From NCBI GenBank assembly GCA_030141605.1, contig JAQGDQ010002369.1:806001-870000 (forward strand): DNA of 64,000 nt. The letters are read 5' to 3'. Numbering within the stretch: position 1 is the stretch's first letter; each line of letters begins with the position of its first letter. The stretch is from Tubiluchus corallicola (taxonomy: Eukaryota; Animalia; Priapulida). Shown in pieces: positions 17,976 through 28,685 of the stretch. The position numbers were made by a program, and so were the translations under genes. Under the pieces are notes generated by a model. That model was not told the DNA's origin. It made no database searches and was given only the letters and a program-made list of their open reading frames with translations.

Positions 17976-20900
17976 ATGGCTATTTTCAGTTCTTATCAAC
18001 CTAGTATCAACGCGGTAACAGCCGCAGTCAACGCAGGACCGCCTCCAGCTGCTGGAGCAATTTCTGTTGAAGCCGGAGTAAAAGCTTATCTCCAACATGC
18101 GAATAATCTTCATACACGAGTAACGAGATTGGAACAAGAGAGCAAGAAAAGTCCAGACGACCGATTGATCAGATATCTCGCAGCATCTGCGCGAATCCTG
18201 GTTCAGGATTATGACGCCCTCCGGACAGCACCTGGAGCGGCTGCAAATCTTAATGCTGCGATTAATGCTCAAGGTCCAGATGGAGTGGCTTTAAGAAGAC
18301 AGCAAGTAGCAAATCGTATCTTTGACGATCTTGGACGACGAATTGATGTTCTTCGTTACAAACATGCTCCTGGATGGTTGGAATGGCTCGGACTAAGGCG
18401 TTCTCCAGACGCTGTGAGCTATACGCCTAGTAAAATGACAGTTGCAGGAACTGCTATGCTTACCTGTCCACTATGGGTAGACAGCGTGCCTGAGATTCCA
18501 GGATTCGGGCCCAAGGCCGAAACCCTTGATCATGGAGAAACCCTTACAGACACATTTGCTCCTCCTACTCTCGAACAATTGGGTAACGCTCTCGGAGAAT
18601 TTGGCACCGTTGTTCGCAACAACAAAACGAATATATCCTATGGAGCAGCAGCTGTCGGGGGCTTAATCTTTGCTTCCAAATTGGGAAACTGGATCTGGCA
18701 TAAAATCGCTTATGGAAAACCTACCTTGGATACTTCTCACGAGCTTCGAATCAAATTCATCGATGTAATGCCTGATCAACATGAGGATGATAAGCATGTT
18801 AAGGCTTCAGTGACAAAATTGGAAGAGGGATACAAATCGGTTCTTGGACGATCTCTGAGACTAAGAGATTGCGTTGAAGAGTCCAAAAAGAACCCTAGCT
18901 GGCTTTATCCTACGCTTTATGCGGATTGGGAAGTAGTGACCAATGAAGCACGTACTCTGCAAGAAAGTGTGGACGATCTTCAAGAAACCACAATGGGACA
19001 CACAACATTTAGCGCCACCCTTGCAGAACTCGATACGCAAGTAAAGGCAATGCGTAATAACCTTACGAGAATGTGCGAAGACATCAGTTGGAGTGCTTAT
19101 AACAGATCTTTACCTCGAAGATTCAATGACTCAATCACAAAGACACAAGTCCTCGGCCTTTGCATGCTGCCGATAACTGTTGGAGCTGAAGTAGTAGGAG
19201 CTGTTTCAGGTGATCCAATGGTCAGTTATGCTGCACATGGTGCTGCGGCTTTCACTACAGCCCTTCTGTTGGGACAGCCTGTATCTGGATGGTTCCGTAC
19301 GGATCCGATCAAAGCGCACCTAAGACAAGTAGAAGAACATGGTACCATCGAGCCTCACTTTCCACGCATTGGAAGAATCCTAGCCGATTACTTATCGAGA
19401 AAAAATCGAAAAGGTGCGATCGATGCGTTTGACGAAGAGGTAACCCGTCTTGAAGAGCAGGTCAAAGAAATGACACGCAAAGTGAAAGGCGGAGTGGTCC
19501 AGGATGATACAATCAGGGTCGATGTAAAAACATTAGAGCTTGACTGGAACGCTCTTGGAAATGTCTATCTCGATGTCGATCGTGAAATGCAGATTGCCGG
19601 TGAAATCAGCGCCAAGCTCGACGCAGCAAATGATAAGAGATGTGATATTGGGACATCTATTGTAGAGCTTCGCAAACTCGCAGCTGGAATGCCGAATAAA
19701 ATCTTCACGGTTGCACGGGCCGCTGCTGCATTCAAACGACCTCTACTGTTGAAGGCAAAAGCAACGATCTCTTCTCAAAGAACCGCGATTCGATCAGCTG
19801 AAGAGAGCTTGAAAAGTGGAAAAATAAGAGAAGCGATGGATGGCTTCAAAACATTTGTCACAAAATTCAAACATGACTGCGATGATCTTAGAGAACATCA
19901 GGAAGGTGGAAAATTAAAAGGCGAAGTCCTGAAAGCAAATCTTGCTATCTTAATGGACGATTATCGAGAATTGACACGATTGGCCAACCTCATCCAGGAA
20001 AAGCTGACCGATGCCAAACAAAATGATGAACCGTTCAGTCAAAATAAAAGAATGTTAGCTGCTTTAGAGAACACTCTCCGTACTCTAAGAACAACAATTC
20101 ATGCCTTGAAAGATGATGAAGTGCCTACGGCTTCGACCGCCTGGTTCTCCAAAACAACGAAAGTCGCCGTTCCTTGTATTGCTCTTGCCGGTGCCTCTTA
20201 CTGGCAAAATGACATGGTTGAACAATGGGCCGGTGCAGAAGCTGCTCAATATGCTCCTCTCGCACTTGGGGCAATAGCAGCTACGGCTGTGGCTTGCAAA
20301 GCAATTGGATGGCTCTGGGGACTAAGAAGTTCTTCTTCCGCGACAGTTGGGAAACCAGCTCCTACCGTTGCCGAGCAAAAACCGAAATCGCCTCTTCTTA
20401 CAGCAGTTGTCGAAGAAGCTCAGCGAAGAAAAGCTGAAGAACTGCCAACAGCTACTGTTCCCCCAATGGTTCAAACAATTCCGGTACGCTCTGAAGATAT
20501 AGCAGCTTTGAGATCAGGATTTGAAGCGACAAAGGTTCAATTGATTGGTCTCATCAGCGAGAGAAAGTTCACAGAAGCGATAAGAGTCATTAACGATACT
20601 CTTCAACAGATTCAAACTTTGATGACTCCTGTGATTTCTTCTGCAGACAGAGCAAGTCTTCAAGAAGTCGTCCAATACTTGGAAGAGCTGCAAGGACAGT
20701 TGCCTTCTGATCGAAGAGTGCAACACGCTCTCTTTACAAGTACACCTTCTACAGTTCCGTCTGTAGAGGTAGTGCCTACAACAGAACGAGTTGCAAAAAA
20801 AGTCACTGTTTCTCCTCATGCTAGGAAGAAATTCGCTACAGAAGTGGAAAGAGGAACCTATTCTTCTGGTCAGGAAATCAACCTTCATAAGCAGGCATTC

Positions 20901-21521
20901 TCTGCAGATGAGGCCCAGCTTGCGATTGCCCTTATCAGTGTAATAGCCGCCCTCAAAGGAAGCACGGGAACACTAGGTACTGCGGCTCAGTATGGGGCTT
21001 ACAAACATGCACAATTCATGGAGAGCAGCCCTGGAGACCTCAGTGATCCGGCCCTTTATCTGCACCTTCTAAGTCAGGGAAAAAGAGTTGCTCCATTCCG
21101 CATAGAAAGAGAGCAGATTTGTTCAGGAAGTAGCTCTAGCGTCGATTTTGAGAGAACGCTGGCTCAAATGGATGAGCTGCGCCACTCTGGAGGCCATAAG
21201 CAAATCCTCGTTCCTGTTGTCATGCAGGGAGTTTCCTACGCTTTGGCAATTGAAGGAAAAGGATCAACAGAAAGAGAAGTTGTTCTTTCCGGAATACATC
21301 CTCATCCTCATGTCCTCGGTTCAGTTGGACACTTCCGTAAAACATTCTCCTCTGTTGAAGAAGCAGGACAATGTCTGGCGGCCATGAATGAAGAATTGGC
21401 TAAGTTTGTTCCGGATGAAACACCAAAAGATGTTGTCTTCTATCCTTGCATACCTACGGCACCGATCGTAAGAGCAAATGGAAATGCTGCTGCAGCTGCA
21501 GCTGCAGCTGCAGCTGCTTAA
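17976..21521 (+). CDS. Large 1181-aa modular protein: repeated helical bundles, membrane hairpins and a C-terminal alpha/beta domain
   Basis: Long intact ORF with coiled-coil segments alternating with hydrophobic hairpins and a poly-Ala end. Confidence 0.8.
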   Translation: MAIFSSYQPSINAVTAAVNAGPPPAAGAISVEAGVKAYLQHANNLHTRVTRLEQESKKSPDDRLIRYLAASARILVQDYDALRTAPGAAANLNAAINAQGPDGVALRRQQVANRIFDDLGRRIDVLRYKHAPGWLEWLGLRRSPDAVSYTPSKMTVAGTAMLTCPLWVDSVPEIPGFGPKAETLDHGETLTDTFAPPTLEQLGNALGEFGTVVRNNKTNISYGAAAVGGLIFASKLGNWIWHKIAYGKPTLDTSHELRIKFIDVMPDQHEDDKHVKASVTKLEEGYKSVLGRSLRLRDCVEESKKNPSWLYPTLYADWEVVTNEARTLQESVDDLQETTMGHTTFSATLAELDTQVKAMRNNLTRMCEDISWSAYNRSLPRRFNDSITKTQVLGLCMLPITVGAEVVGAVSGDPMVSYAAHGAAAFTTALLLGQPVSGWFRTDPIKAHLRQVEEHGTIEPHFPRIGRILADYLSRKNRKGAIDAFDEEVTRLEEQVKEMTRKVKGGVVQDDTIRVDVKTLELDWNALGNVYLDVDREMQIAGEISAKLDAANDKRCDIGTSIVELRKLAAGMPNKIFTVARAAAAFKRPLLLKAKATISSQRTAIRSAEESLKSGKIREAMDGFKTFVTKFKHDCDDLREHQEGGKLKGEVLKANLAILMDDYRELTRLANLIQEKLTDAKQNDEPFSQNKRMLAALENTLRTLRTTIHALKDDEVPTASTAWFSKTTKVAVPCIALAGASYWQNDMVEQWAGAEAAQYAPLALGAIAATAVACKAIGWLWGLRSSSSATVGKPAPTVAEQKPKSPLLTAVVEEAQRRKAEELPTATVPPMVQTIPVRSEDIAALRSGFEATKVQLIGLISERKFTEAIRVINDTLQQIQTLMTPVISSADRASLQEVVQYLEELQGQLPSDRRVQHALFTSTPSTVPSVEVVPTTERVAKKVTVSPHARKKFATEVERGTYSSGQEINLHKQAFSADEAQLAIALISVIAALKGSTGTLGTAAQYGAYKHAQFMESSPGDLSDPALYLHLLSQGKRVAPFRIEREQICSGSSSSVDFERTLAQMDELRHSGGHKQILVPVVMQGVSYALAIEGKGSTEREVVLSGIHPHPHVLGSVGHFRKTFSSVEEAGQCLAAMNEELAKFVPDETPKDVVFYPCIPTAPIVRANGNAAAAAAAAAAA
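21486..21518 (+). repeat. (GCTGCA)n tandem repeat encoding the terminal poly-Ala
   Basis: gctgctgcagctgcagctgcagctgcagctgct immediately before TAA. Confidence 0.8.
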
Positions 21522-21584
21522 GAGAAATATTCTTCTTTTAAATTAAAAAGCTATTTAGAATAGGGGTCCTTAATTGGGCCCCCT

Positions 21585-22988
21585 ATGACTTCTAAACGAA
21601 CTCTGAATGTCTTTTTGCTCGCGATGATCAACGTCGCGGCTATCACTAGCCTTAAGAATTATCCCCTCACTGCAGTTTACGGCCTATCTTCCCTATTCTT
21701 TTTTATCTTTTCTGCAGTGGTCTTTTTTATCCCTGTATCCCTGGTCTCAGCAGAGCTTGCGACCGGCTGGCCCCAGCGGGGTGTATATATATGGGTAAAA
21801 GAGGCAATGGGACCGAGAATGGGTCTCTTGGCCATATGGCTTCAGTGGATCGAAAATGTGATCTGGTACCCTACCGTCCTGTCCTTTTTGGCAGCCTCAA
21901 GTGCCTTCATATTCAATCCAGAACTTGCTCATGATAATCGATACATCGTTTCCATCATCCTCATCACCTTTTGGGTTGCCACCTTCCTCAATTGTTTCGG
22001 AATGAAAATCTCCGGCTGGATCAGTACCGTATCAGTCATATTAGGAACGATCATTCCCGGGGCTTTGATCATTTTTCTTGGCTTCCTTTGGATCGGAGAA
22101 GGATTTCCCTTGCAGATTTCCTTCAGCTGGGACCAACTGATTCCTAACCTTGGGTCAGTCAATGAACTCGTACTTCTTGCAGGAATCCTCCTTGGCTTTG
22201 CCGGGATGGAAATGTCAGCCGTCCATGCGAAGGAAGTGAAGAATCCACAGAAAGACTATCCAAGAGCCATCCTCCTCGCTGCGCTTATCATTCTAGTATT
22301 GTCCATGGTGGCGACATTGGCGATTGCTATCGTCGTGCCAACTCATGAGATTAATCTGGCATCTGGGGCGATGGAAGCATTCACCCACTTTCTAAATGCC
22401 TTTAAACTGGGATGGGCGATTCCTATTGTTGCTTTTTTCATGGCATTGGGAGCTTTGGGAACAATGAGCACCTGGATCGTCGGACCGACCAAAGGGATCC
22501 TGGCGACAGCTATAGATGGAGACCTTCCTCCCTTCTTTCAAAAGACCAATAAGTATGGGATGCCTACCCATTTATTAGTTCTTCAGGGAGCGATCGTATC
22601 TTTGCTTTCTCTCGTTTTCCTTTTCATGCCCAACGTCAGCAGTTCTTATTGGATGCTTGTCGACCTCACAGCACTTCTCTATTTGATCATGTATATCCTG
22701 ATGTTTATCGCCGCTATTGTCCTTCGGTATAAATGTCCTGAAGTAAAAAGGGCATACAGAATACCCGGCGGCAATGCTGGAATGTGGATCATCGGTGGAA
22801 TAGGAACCGTAGGGTGCTTCTTTACCTTCATCATGGGACTGTTTCCGCCAAGTCAGTTAAAAACTGGGAATATGCTCTTTTACTATTCTTTCCTGATAGG
22901 AGGACTCGTTATTTTCTGCGTCCTTCCCTTCATCATTTATCAATTGAAAAAGCCTTCCTGGAAACAGAAGAGCGAAAAAGACTACTAA
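21585..22988 (+). CDS. APC-family amino acid permease (GadC-like)
   Basis: LNVFLLAMINVAAI, SAELATGWP..GVYIWVKEAMG, AGMEMSAVHA..NPQKDYPRA, and ~12 TM segments. Confidence 0.9.
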   Translation: MTSKRTLNVFLLAMINVAAITSLKNYPLTAVYGLSSLFFFIFSAVVFFIPVSLVSAELATGWPQRGVYIWVKEAMGPRMGLLAIWLQWIENVIWYPTVLSFLAASSAFIFNPELAHDNRYIVSIILITFWVATFLNCFGMKISGWISTVSVILGTIIPGALIIFLGFLWIGEGFPLQISFSWDQLIPNLGSVNELVLLAGILLGFAGMEMSAVHAKEVKNPQKDYPRAILLAALIILVLSMVATLAIAIVVPTHEINLASGAMEAFTHFLNAFKLGWAIPIVAFFMALGALGTMSTWIVGPTKGILATAIDGDLPPFFQKTNKYGMPTHLLVLQGAIVSLLSLVFLFMPNVSSSYWMLVDLTALLYLIMYILMFIAAIVLRYKCPEVKRAYRIPGGNAGMWIIGGIGTVGCFFTFIMGLFPPSQLKTGNMLFYYSFLIGGLVIFCVLPFIIYQLKKPSWKQKSEKDY

Positions 22989-23010
22989 TCTTTCATTCAG
23001 AGACTATCTC

Positions 23011-24036
23011 TTAGAGCAGCCACCAGGTGGCCAGCGACAAGTAGAATAAAGTTGTTAATACGTCGGCGAGCATTAGGACCACAGGACCTGAGGCTACCTT
23101 TGGATCAAGACGGGTCAGATGAAGGATAATAGGGATGGTGATGCCAAACAGAGCTGTGACGGCAACAGAGAACATAATGGCGATCCCTATCGTTAGAGAA
23201 GGCAAAAATCCATCGCCCCAAAAAAGGGAAACAGCTCCAACCATAAAGCCGCAGCTCACAGAAATAGCTCCCACTATCTGCCATTCTTTCAAAGTTCTTA
23301 AGAAGGAAAGACGCCAGGTAATTCGTGGTCTTCTTAAAAACTGCAAACTCTGAGTCATCGATTGCATGGAGACCGACTCACTGAGTGTGAGGACAAGTGG
23401 GATAAACATGGCTAGAAGAAGAAATTGCGCCAAGACATCCTCATACATACGTGAAATAAAGGCGCAAATGAATCCCCCGATCATATTGCAAAAAAGCCAG
23501 GGCATCCGGATTTTATAGTGGCGCATGATGGAGATGCGCTTCCCCTCTTCGATAGAAAAACCAATGAGCTGAAAGACATCTCTTCTATGGTGAGCGTCCG
23601 CTACATCAAAAGATTCTTCGATATACATCTCAACATCAATCGTTCCGATTAGCCTTCCCTCGGTATCGATAACAGGGAGGGCCAAAAGCCTGTGGACTTC
23701 AAGCATTTCAAGAGCATCTTCCAATGTTTGATCAGCATTGATGGATGTGACATGCCTTACCATGATGTCATCGATCTTCGTGGTCGGATTGCTGAGTAGG
23801 AGTTTACGCGTTGGAACGATTCCCTTCAGCACTCCCTTCTCATCAACGGCATAGAAATAGACAATTTTATGTTCGATCGACTTTTCGCGTAAAGAAGCCA
23901 GAGCTTCTTCAATCGTATGATGAGTCTGCAAAACTGTGTCCACTTCCTGCGCACACTTGCGGACGGACTGGGAAAGATCTTGTTTGCCTATTGAATGCAT
24001 CTTCCTACTGATACCTGATTCCAAATAAGTTTCCAA
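23011..24036 (-). CDS. mgtE: MgtE-family magnesium transporter (CBS pair plus membrane domain, no N domain)
   Basis: CBS domains, RMPWL, and DPKVASGPVVLMLADV. Confidence 0.85.
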   Translation of the reverse strand: METYLESGISRKMHSIGKQDLSQSVRKCAQEVDTVLQTHHTIEEALASLREKSIEHKIVYFYAVDEKGVLKGIVPTRKLLLSNPTTKIDDIMVRHVTSINADQTLEDALEMLEVHRLLALPVIDTEGRLIGTIDVEMYIEESFDVADAHHRRDVFQLIGFSIEEGKRISIMRHYKIRMPWLFCNMIGGFICAFISRMYEDVLAQFLLLAMFIPLVLTLSESVSMQSMTQSLQFLRRPRITWRLSFLRTLKEWQIVGAISVSCGFMVGAVSLFWGDGFLPSLTIGIAIMFSVAVTALFGITIPIILHLTRLDPKVASGPVVLMLADVLTTLFYLSLATWWLL

Positions 24037-24133
24037 TTTTTTTGGACAATAGGTGAGAAATGTTTTTTGTAAAAAAAAAATTTAAAAACGCTTCTTGAGT
24101 GAAACCCTCCCCTAGAGATAAAATAGCTGCATT

Positions 24134-24906
24134 ATGAAACACAAAAGAAGCAATACATCCACTGCCTGGGAATCTGTCGGCCGCTGGTACGACCATCTTG
24201 TCGGTGAGAAAGGACAGTACTACCATGAAAAAATCATTATGCCCAATATTCTGAGGCTTCTCGAGATGAAAAAGGGAAGTAAAATTTTAGATTTGGGCTG
24301 CGGTCAAGGGATACTCTCTCGATACCTGCCCGATTGGATCGACTATTCAGGAGTGGACCTTTCTAGAGCTTTGATCGAACGGGCCAAGCAATACAACAAC
24401 CGGAAAAACTGTCGCTATTTTCATGGTGACGTAACAGAAAAACTCAATCTGAAAGCCGAAGAGTATTCCCATGCAGCTTTTGTGCTCTCTCTTCAAAACC
24501 TGGAAGATGGTAGACAAGCCATTCAGAATGATTTTTCCACACTTGAAACCAAAGGGCAAACTCATCCTGGTATTGAATCATCCCTGTTTTCGCATCCCAC
24601 GCCAAAGTTTTTGGCAAGTAGATGATGAGAGCAAGATGCAATACAGAAGGATCAACCGATATCTTTCTTCTCAGAAGATTCCTATTCAAACCAATCCTTC
24701 GCAGGGAAAAAAAGTCAACGACTTACTCTTTTCATCATTCCCTTTCCTCTTATTGTGACTGGCTTTTCAAAAGTGGTTTTTCCATTCTTAAAATGGAAGA
24801 ATGGTCTTCGGATAAAAAAAGCACAGGAAAAAAAGCGCATATGGAAAATCGCGCCCGCACTGAGTTCCCTCTCTTTCTGGCGATCTTGGCCGAGAAACAT
24901 TCTTAA
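24134..24906 (+). CDS. Class I SAM methyltransferase (frameshifts near 24530 and 24710)
   Basis: ILDLGCGQG, then LKPKGKLILVLNHPCF, then SFHHSLS..ARTEFPLFL, across three overlapping ORFs. Confidence 0.75.
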
Positions 24907-24963
24907 TAAAATTCAAAGGAACAAATCTTTTCGAATATACCATCAATGACATAAGATGTGGGC

Positions 24964-26790
24964 ATGTGTGGAATATTTGGATACGTTGGCAAAAAGGACT
25001 CTCTTAAAGTTTGTCTTTCTGGATTGAAACTCTTGGAATATCGGGGATATGATTCTGCGGGCATTGCTGGTCTTTCAAAAAAGGGACTTTTTTTTTGTAA
25101 AAATTCCGGAAAAATTCTCGAGCTCGAAAAGAAAATAAATAAGTCTCCCGTCCGTCTCGATTTAGCAATCGGCCACACAAGATGGGCCACTCACGGGAAA
25201 CCTTCCGAGGTCAATGCACATCCTCATTATGATCATAAAGAAAGCCTTGCCATTGTTCACAATGGGATCATTGAAAATTATGATTCCCTTCGAGAGATGC
25301 TAAAGGGAAAGGGAATTCCATTTCATTCGGAAACAGATACAGAAGTCATCGCGCAGCTTATTTCCTACAATTACAAAAACAATCTTCTCAAAGCCGTCCA
25401 AAAATCACTTAAACTTCTGAAGGGATCCTTTGCCATTGCATTGATCCATAAAGATCACCCAGAAAAGATCATTGCAGCTACTAGAGAAAGTTCTCTTTCT
25501 ATTGGCTATGACAAACAGCAAACTCTTCTCTCTTCCGACCCAAATGCTTTTTCCGGTCATTGCCTGAATGTCCTCTTTTTGAAAAATGATGAAGTAGCTC
25601 TTGTCGAGAATGGATCCATTCAAGTATTTGACAAGCAATCCCATCCTGTTAAAAAGAAGTTCGAAAAGCTCGATGCCAAATATGTATCCCCCTCTAAAAA
25701 GGGATTCGAACATTACATGCTCAAGGAAATTTATGAACAGCCCCTGACTTTGCAAAAGGCTGTTTTGGGAAGATTTTCAGAAGATTTTGGAACAGCAGAA
25801 TTTGAGGACTTCAATTTCAGCTCGAAGGAGCTTCTTTCTACAAGACATATTCTCATCGTTGCTTGTGGAACTTCCTGGCATGCCGGGTGTATCGCAGCTT
25901 CCATGCTTGAAGATAAAGCCCGTATTCCTACACAGGCAGAAATAGCCTCTGAACTGCGCTATAAAAACCCGATCATTTCCAATGAGACTCTCGTCATCGC
26001 AATTTCCCAATCAGGCGAAACCGCAGATACGATCGCTGCTGTACGCGAAGCAAAAGCAAAAGGAGCTAAAGTCCTTGGCATTTGCAATGTAAAAAATTCC
26101 AGTCTTACTCGAGAGTCTGACAGCTGTATTTTCTTAAAAGCCGGTCCCGAGATCAGTGTTTGTTCGACAAAGGTCTTCACTTCTCAAATCAGCGTTCTCC
26201 TTCTATTTACTCTGTTGATGGCCCGCCTAAGACATATGAACAAAGAAGAAGGTCAGCTTTTTCTACGCGAGTTGAAAAAGATTCCTCAAAAAATTCGATC
26301 CGTTCTCGATCATGTAGATCAGATCAAAAAACTTGCTGTAAAGTATGCGCAATACAATGACTTCTTTTTTCTAGGAAGAAGATACATGTATCCCACTTGC
26401 CTTGAAGCTGCGTTGAAACTGAAAGAAATTTCCTATCTGAATGCCAATGGATATCCTGCCGGAGAGTTAAAGCATGGGCCCATTGCTCTTATCCATCCCA
26501 GACTTCCTGTGATTGCCTTTTGTTCCAATCATCAAACCTATGACAAAATGATCTGCAATCTGATGGAAGTCAAGGCAAGAGGAGCACCTATCCTTGCCCT
26601 TGCTCCAATGGGTGCAGACGAGTTAAAGAGCATTGCAGATGATATTCTCTGGCTTCCTGACACCATTGACGAGCTGGCCACATTCCCCTCTTCGATCGCT
26701 GGGCAATTGCTTGCTTATTATATTGCCAAACAAAGGGGCACTGAGATCGATCAGCCACGTAACCTTGCCAAGTCGGTAACAGTAGAATGA
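24964..26790 (+). CDS. glmS: Glutamine--fructose-6-phosphate aminotransferase
   Basis: MCGIFG, LEYRGYDSAG, GHTRWATHG, SQSGETADT and PRNLAKSVTVE. Confidence 0.97.
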   Translation: MCGIFGYVGKKDSLKVCLSGLKLLEYRGYDSAGIAGLSKKGLFFCKNSGKILELEKKINKSPVRLDLAIGHTRWATHGKPSEVNAHPHYDHKESLAIVHNGIIENYDSLREMLKGKGIPFHSETDTEVIAQLISYNYKNNLLKAVQKSLKLLKGSFAIALIHKDHPEKIIAATRESSLSIGYDKQQTLLSSDPNAFSGHCLNVLFLKNDEVALVENGSIQVFDKQSHPVKKKFEKLDAKYVSPSKKGFEHYMLKEIYEQPLTLQKAVLGRFSEDFGTAEFEDFNFSSKELLSTRHILIVACGTSWHAGCIAASMLEDKARIPTQAEIASELRYKNPIISNETLVIAISQSGETADTIAAVREAKAKGAKVLGICNVKNSSLTRESDSCIFLKAGPEISVCSTKVFTSQISVLLLFTLLMARLRHMNKEEGQLFLRELKKIPQKIRSVLDHVDQIKKLAVKYAQYNDFFFLGRRYMYPTCLEAALKLKEISYLNANGYPAGELKHGPIALIHPRLPVIAFCSNHQTYDKMICNLMEVKARGAPILALAPMGADELKSIADDILWLPDTIDELATFPSSIAGQLLAYYIAKQRGTEIDQPRNLAKSVTVE

Positions 26791-28148
26791 TCGACCCTAT
26801 ATTCTTTGCGTGCCTGCTATTTGTATTAATTGCTATTGGTTCAAGAAAAGCCAGGAAGATCCAGAAAGAAGAGACCTATCTTTTTGCCGACCGTTCAACC
26901 TCATTTCTGAGCCTTTCTTCAACCCTCGTTATGACTGAGCTCAATCCTTCCACTTTGATATCCTTTGCATCCTTGGGATATCTTGCTGGGTTGAGAGCCT
27001 TGCTACTCCCGCTTGTTTTTTTGATTGGTCTTCTTTTTTACGGAATCACTGTCGCAAAAAAATACAAACAGACCGATGCAACCTCTGTGTGTTTTCTTTT
27101 CCGTCAAAAATATGGGAAAAATTTCAGTAGAATCTCCTGCTTCTTCCTTCTGCTTGCCATGATCGGATTCAGTGCAACTTATGTGAAATCTCTCTCATTG
27201 ATTTTTTCTCCTATTGTCCCCCAGGTATCTCCCTGGATCATTTCGGCTCTCGTAGTGGGCATGACTCTCTGGATGACATTGCGAGGCGGGCTGGTCTCCA
27301 TCATCAAGACTGACTTATGCAGCTTCCTGTTGACTCTCATTTTGATTCCGGCATTGTTCTTTTTTACCTCTTCTTCTTCATCCCATGTCAAACCCGAGCA
27401 CTTTGCAAATGCAGAACAAATATTGAATGTGCCCTTCGTTCTCTCTTTGATCTTTCTAACCATGTTCACCTACATATTGGCCCCTTGGTATGGCCAGAAA
27501 ATCTTTTCTGCCAAATCGGAAAAAGTCGCCTTTACTTCTGTGCTCTTTTCAGCCTTCTGTGTCTTTCTCCTTTATAGCCTCATTGTTGTAGCAGCCGCTT
27601 TTTTAAAGACGACTCTCTCTCTAGCCCACCCCGAAGAAGCCCTTCCTGCTCTGATTCAACGATTACCTGTTGGATGGAAAGGGGCTTTATATGCTTTTCT
27701 TTTTCTTGCCGGAGCAACAACTCTCTCTGGGGTATGGAATGCCATGACCTCTCTATTCATCGCTGAATTTTGCCAAAGAAGCGAAGAGCAGGATTTTCAT
27801 CGAAGCTACTGGACGACTCTCACTTTCTCAATGACCTCCTTTCTTCTCGCCCATCTTTTTGTCGACTCGGTTTTTGACAAACTCATCCTTGCAAATATCC
27901 CCGTACTCGCCCTCTCTTTTTCTCTTCTAGCTGGATTTTACTGGAAAGGATCTCGACTAACGGGCGCCTATCTCAGTACATTGATCGGTTTTTTCTGGGG
28001 AGTGTTCTGTTACGGCTATTGGGGAGACGATCGGGTTTACATCTGGTATTGGGTGATGGGAGGAATTCCCCTTATCTTTATTTCTGGAATATTAGGATCT
28101 CTTTGGGAAACAGGAAGAATAACTTTGGTAAATGCCAATGAAAGCTGA
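26787..28148 (+). CDS. Sodium:solute symporter-like transporter
   Basis: YLFADRS..LSSTLVMTE, LRGGLVSIIKTD and ~13 TM segments. ATGA overlap with glmS. Confidence 0.75.
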   Translation: MIDPIFFACLLFVLIAIGSRKARKIQKEETYLFADRSTSFLSLSSTLVMTELNPSTLISFASLGYLAGLRALLLPLVFLIGLLFYGITVAKKYKQTDATSVCFLFRQKYGKNFSRISCFFLLLAMIGFSATYVKSLSLIFSPIVPQVSPWIISALVVGMTLWMTLRGGLVSIIKTDLCSFLLTLILIPALFFFTSSSSSHVKPEHFANAEQILNVPFVLSLIFLTMFTYILAPWYGQKIFSAKSEKVAFTSVLFSAFCVFLLYSLIVVAAAFLKTTLSLAHPEEALPALIQRLPVGWKGALYAFLFLAGATTLSGVWNAMTSLFIAEFCQRSEEQDFHRSYWTTLTFSMTSFLLAHLFVDSVFDKLILANIPVLALSFSLLAGFYWKGSRLTGAYLSTLIGFFWGVFCYGYWGDDRVYIWYWVMGGIPLIFISGILGSLWETGRITLVNANES

Positions 28149-28685
28149 ACAACAAAAAGAACTGCTGAAAAAACGGAAGAGTGGATCTATCGGGGAAAGG
28201 TTGTTCAATTAAAAAAAGAGACCTTTAAATTCGATCATAAGATCAAAACAACAGAAATCGTCCAACATCCCGGCGCCGTAGTTATGATCCCTGTTGCTCC
28301 AGATGGAAAACTCTTGCTTGTACAGCAATACCGGAGAGCTATCGGTGAGATCATTCTCGAGTTGCCTGCCGGAACAATCGAACACAATGAAGATCCCCTT
28401 TTGTGCGCTCAAAGAGAGCTTCAGGAAGAAATCGGCTTCAGATCAGAGAAAATGACTCCATTGAATGGTTTTTACAGCGCTCCGGGATTTTGCAGTGAAT
28501 ACCTTCACCTTTTTCTTGCAGAAGATTTATTTCCCAGTGTGTTAGAAAGTGAAGATGAAGACGAAATGATTGATTTGATCCCGCTTTCTATTAAGGAGTG
28601 TCTGGATAAAATCGAAAAGGGTGAAATCTGTGACGCAAAAACTGTCAGCGGCATTTTAATCTATGAAAGGACGATGAAAAAATGA
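28138..28685 (+). CDS. nudF: ADP-ribose pyrophosphatase-type Nudix hydrolase (frameshift in the A-run near 28170)
   Basis: IYRGKVV..EIVQHPGAV, QYRR, Nudix box PAGTIE..AQRELQEEIG, and DAKT. Confidence 0.8.

Noticed and set aside
24906-24963. glmS ribozyme
   Set aside because: The intergenic gap is under 60 nt and AT-rich, with no core motif.
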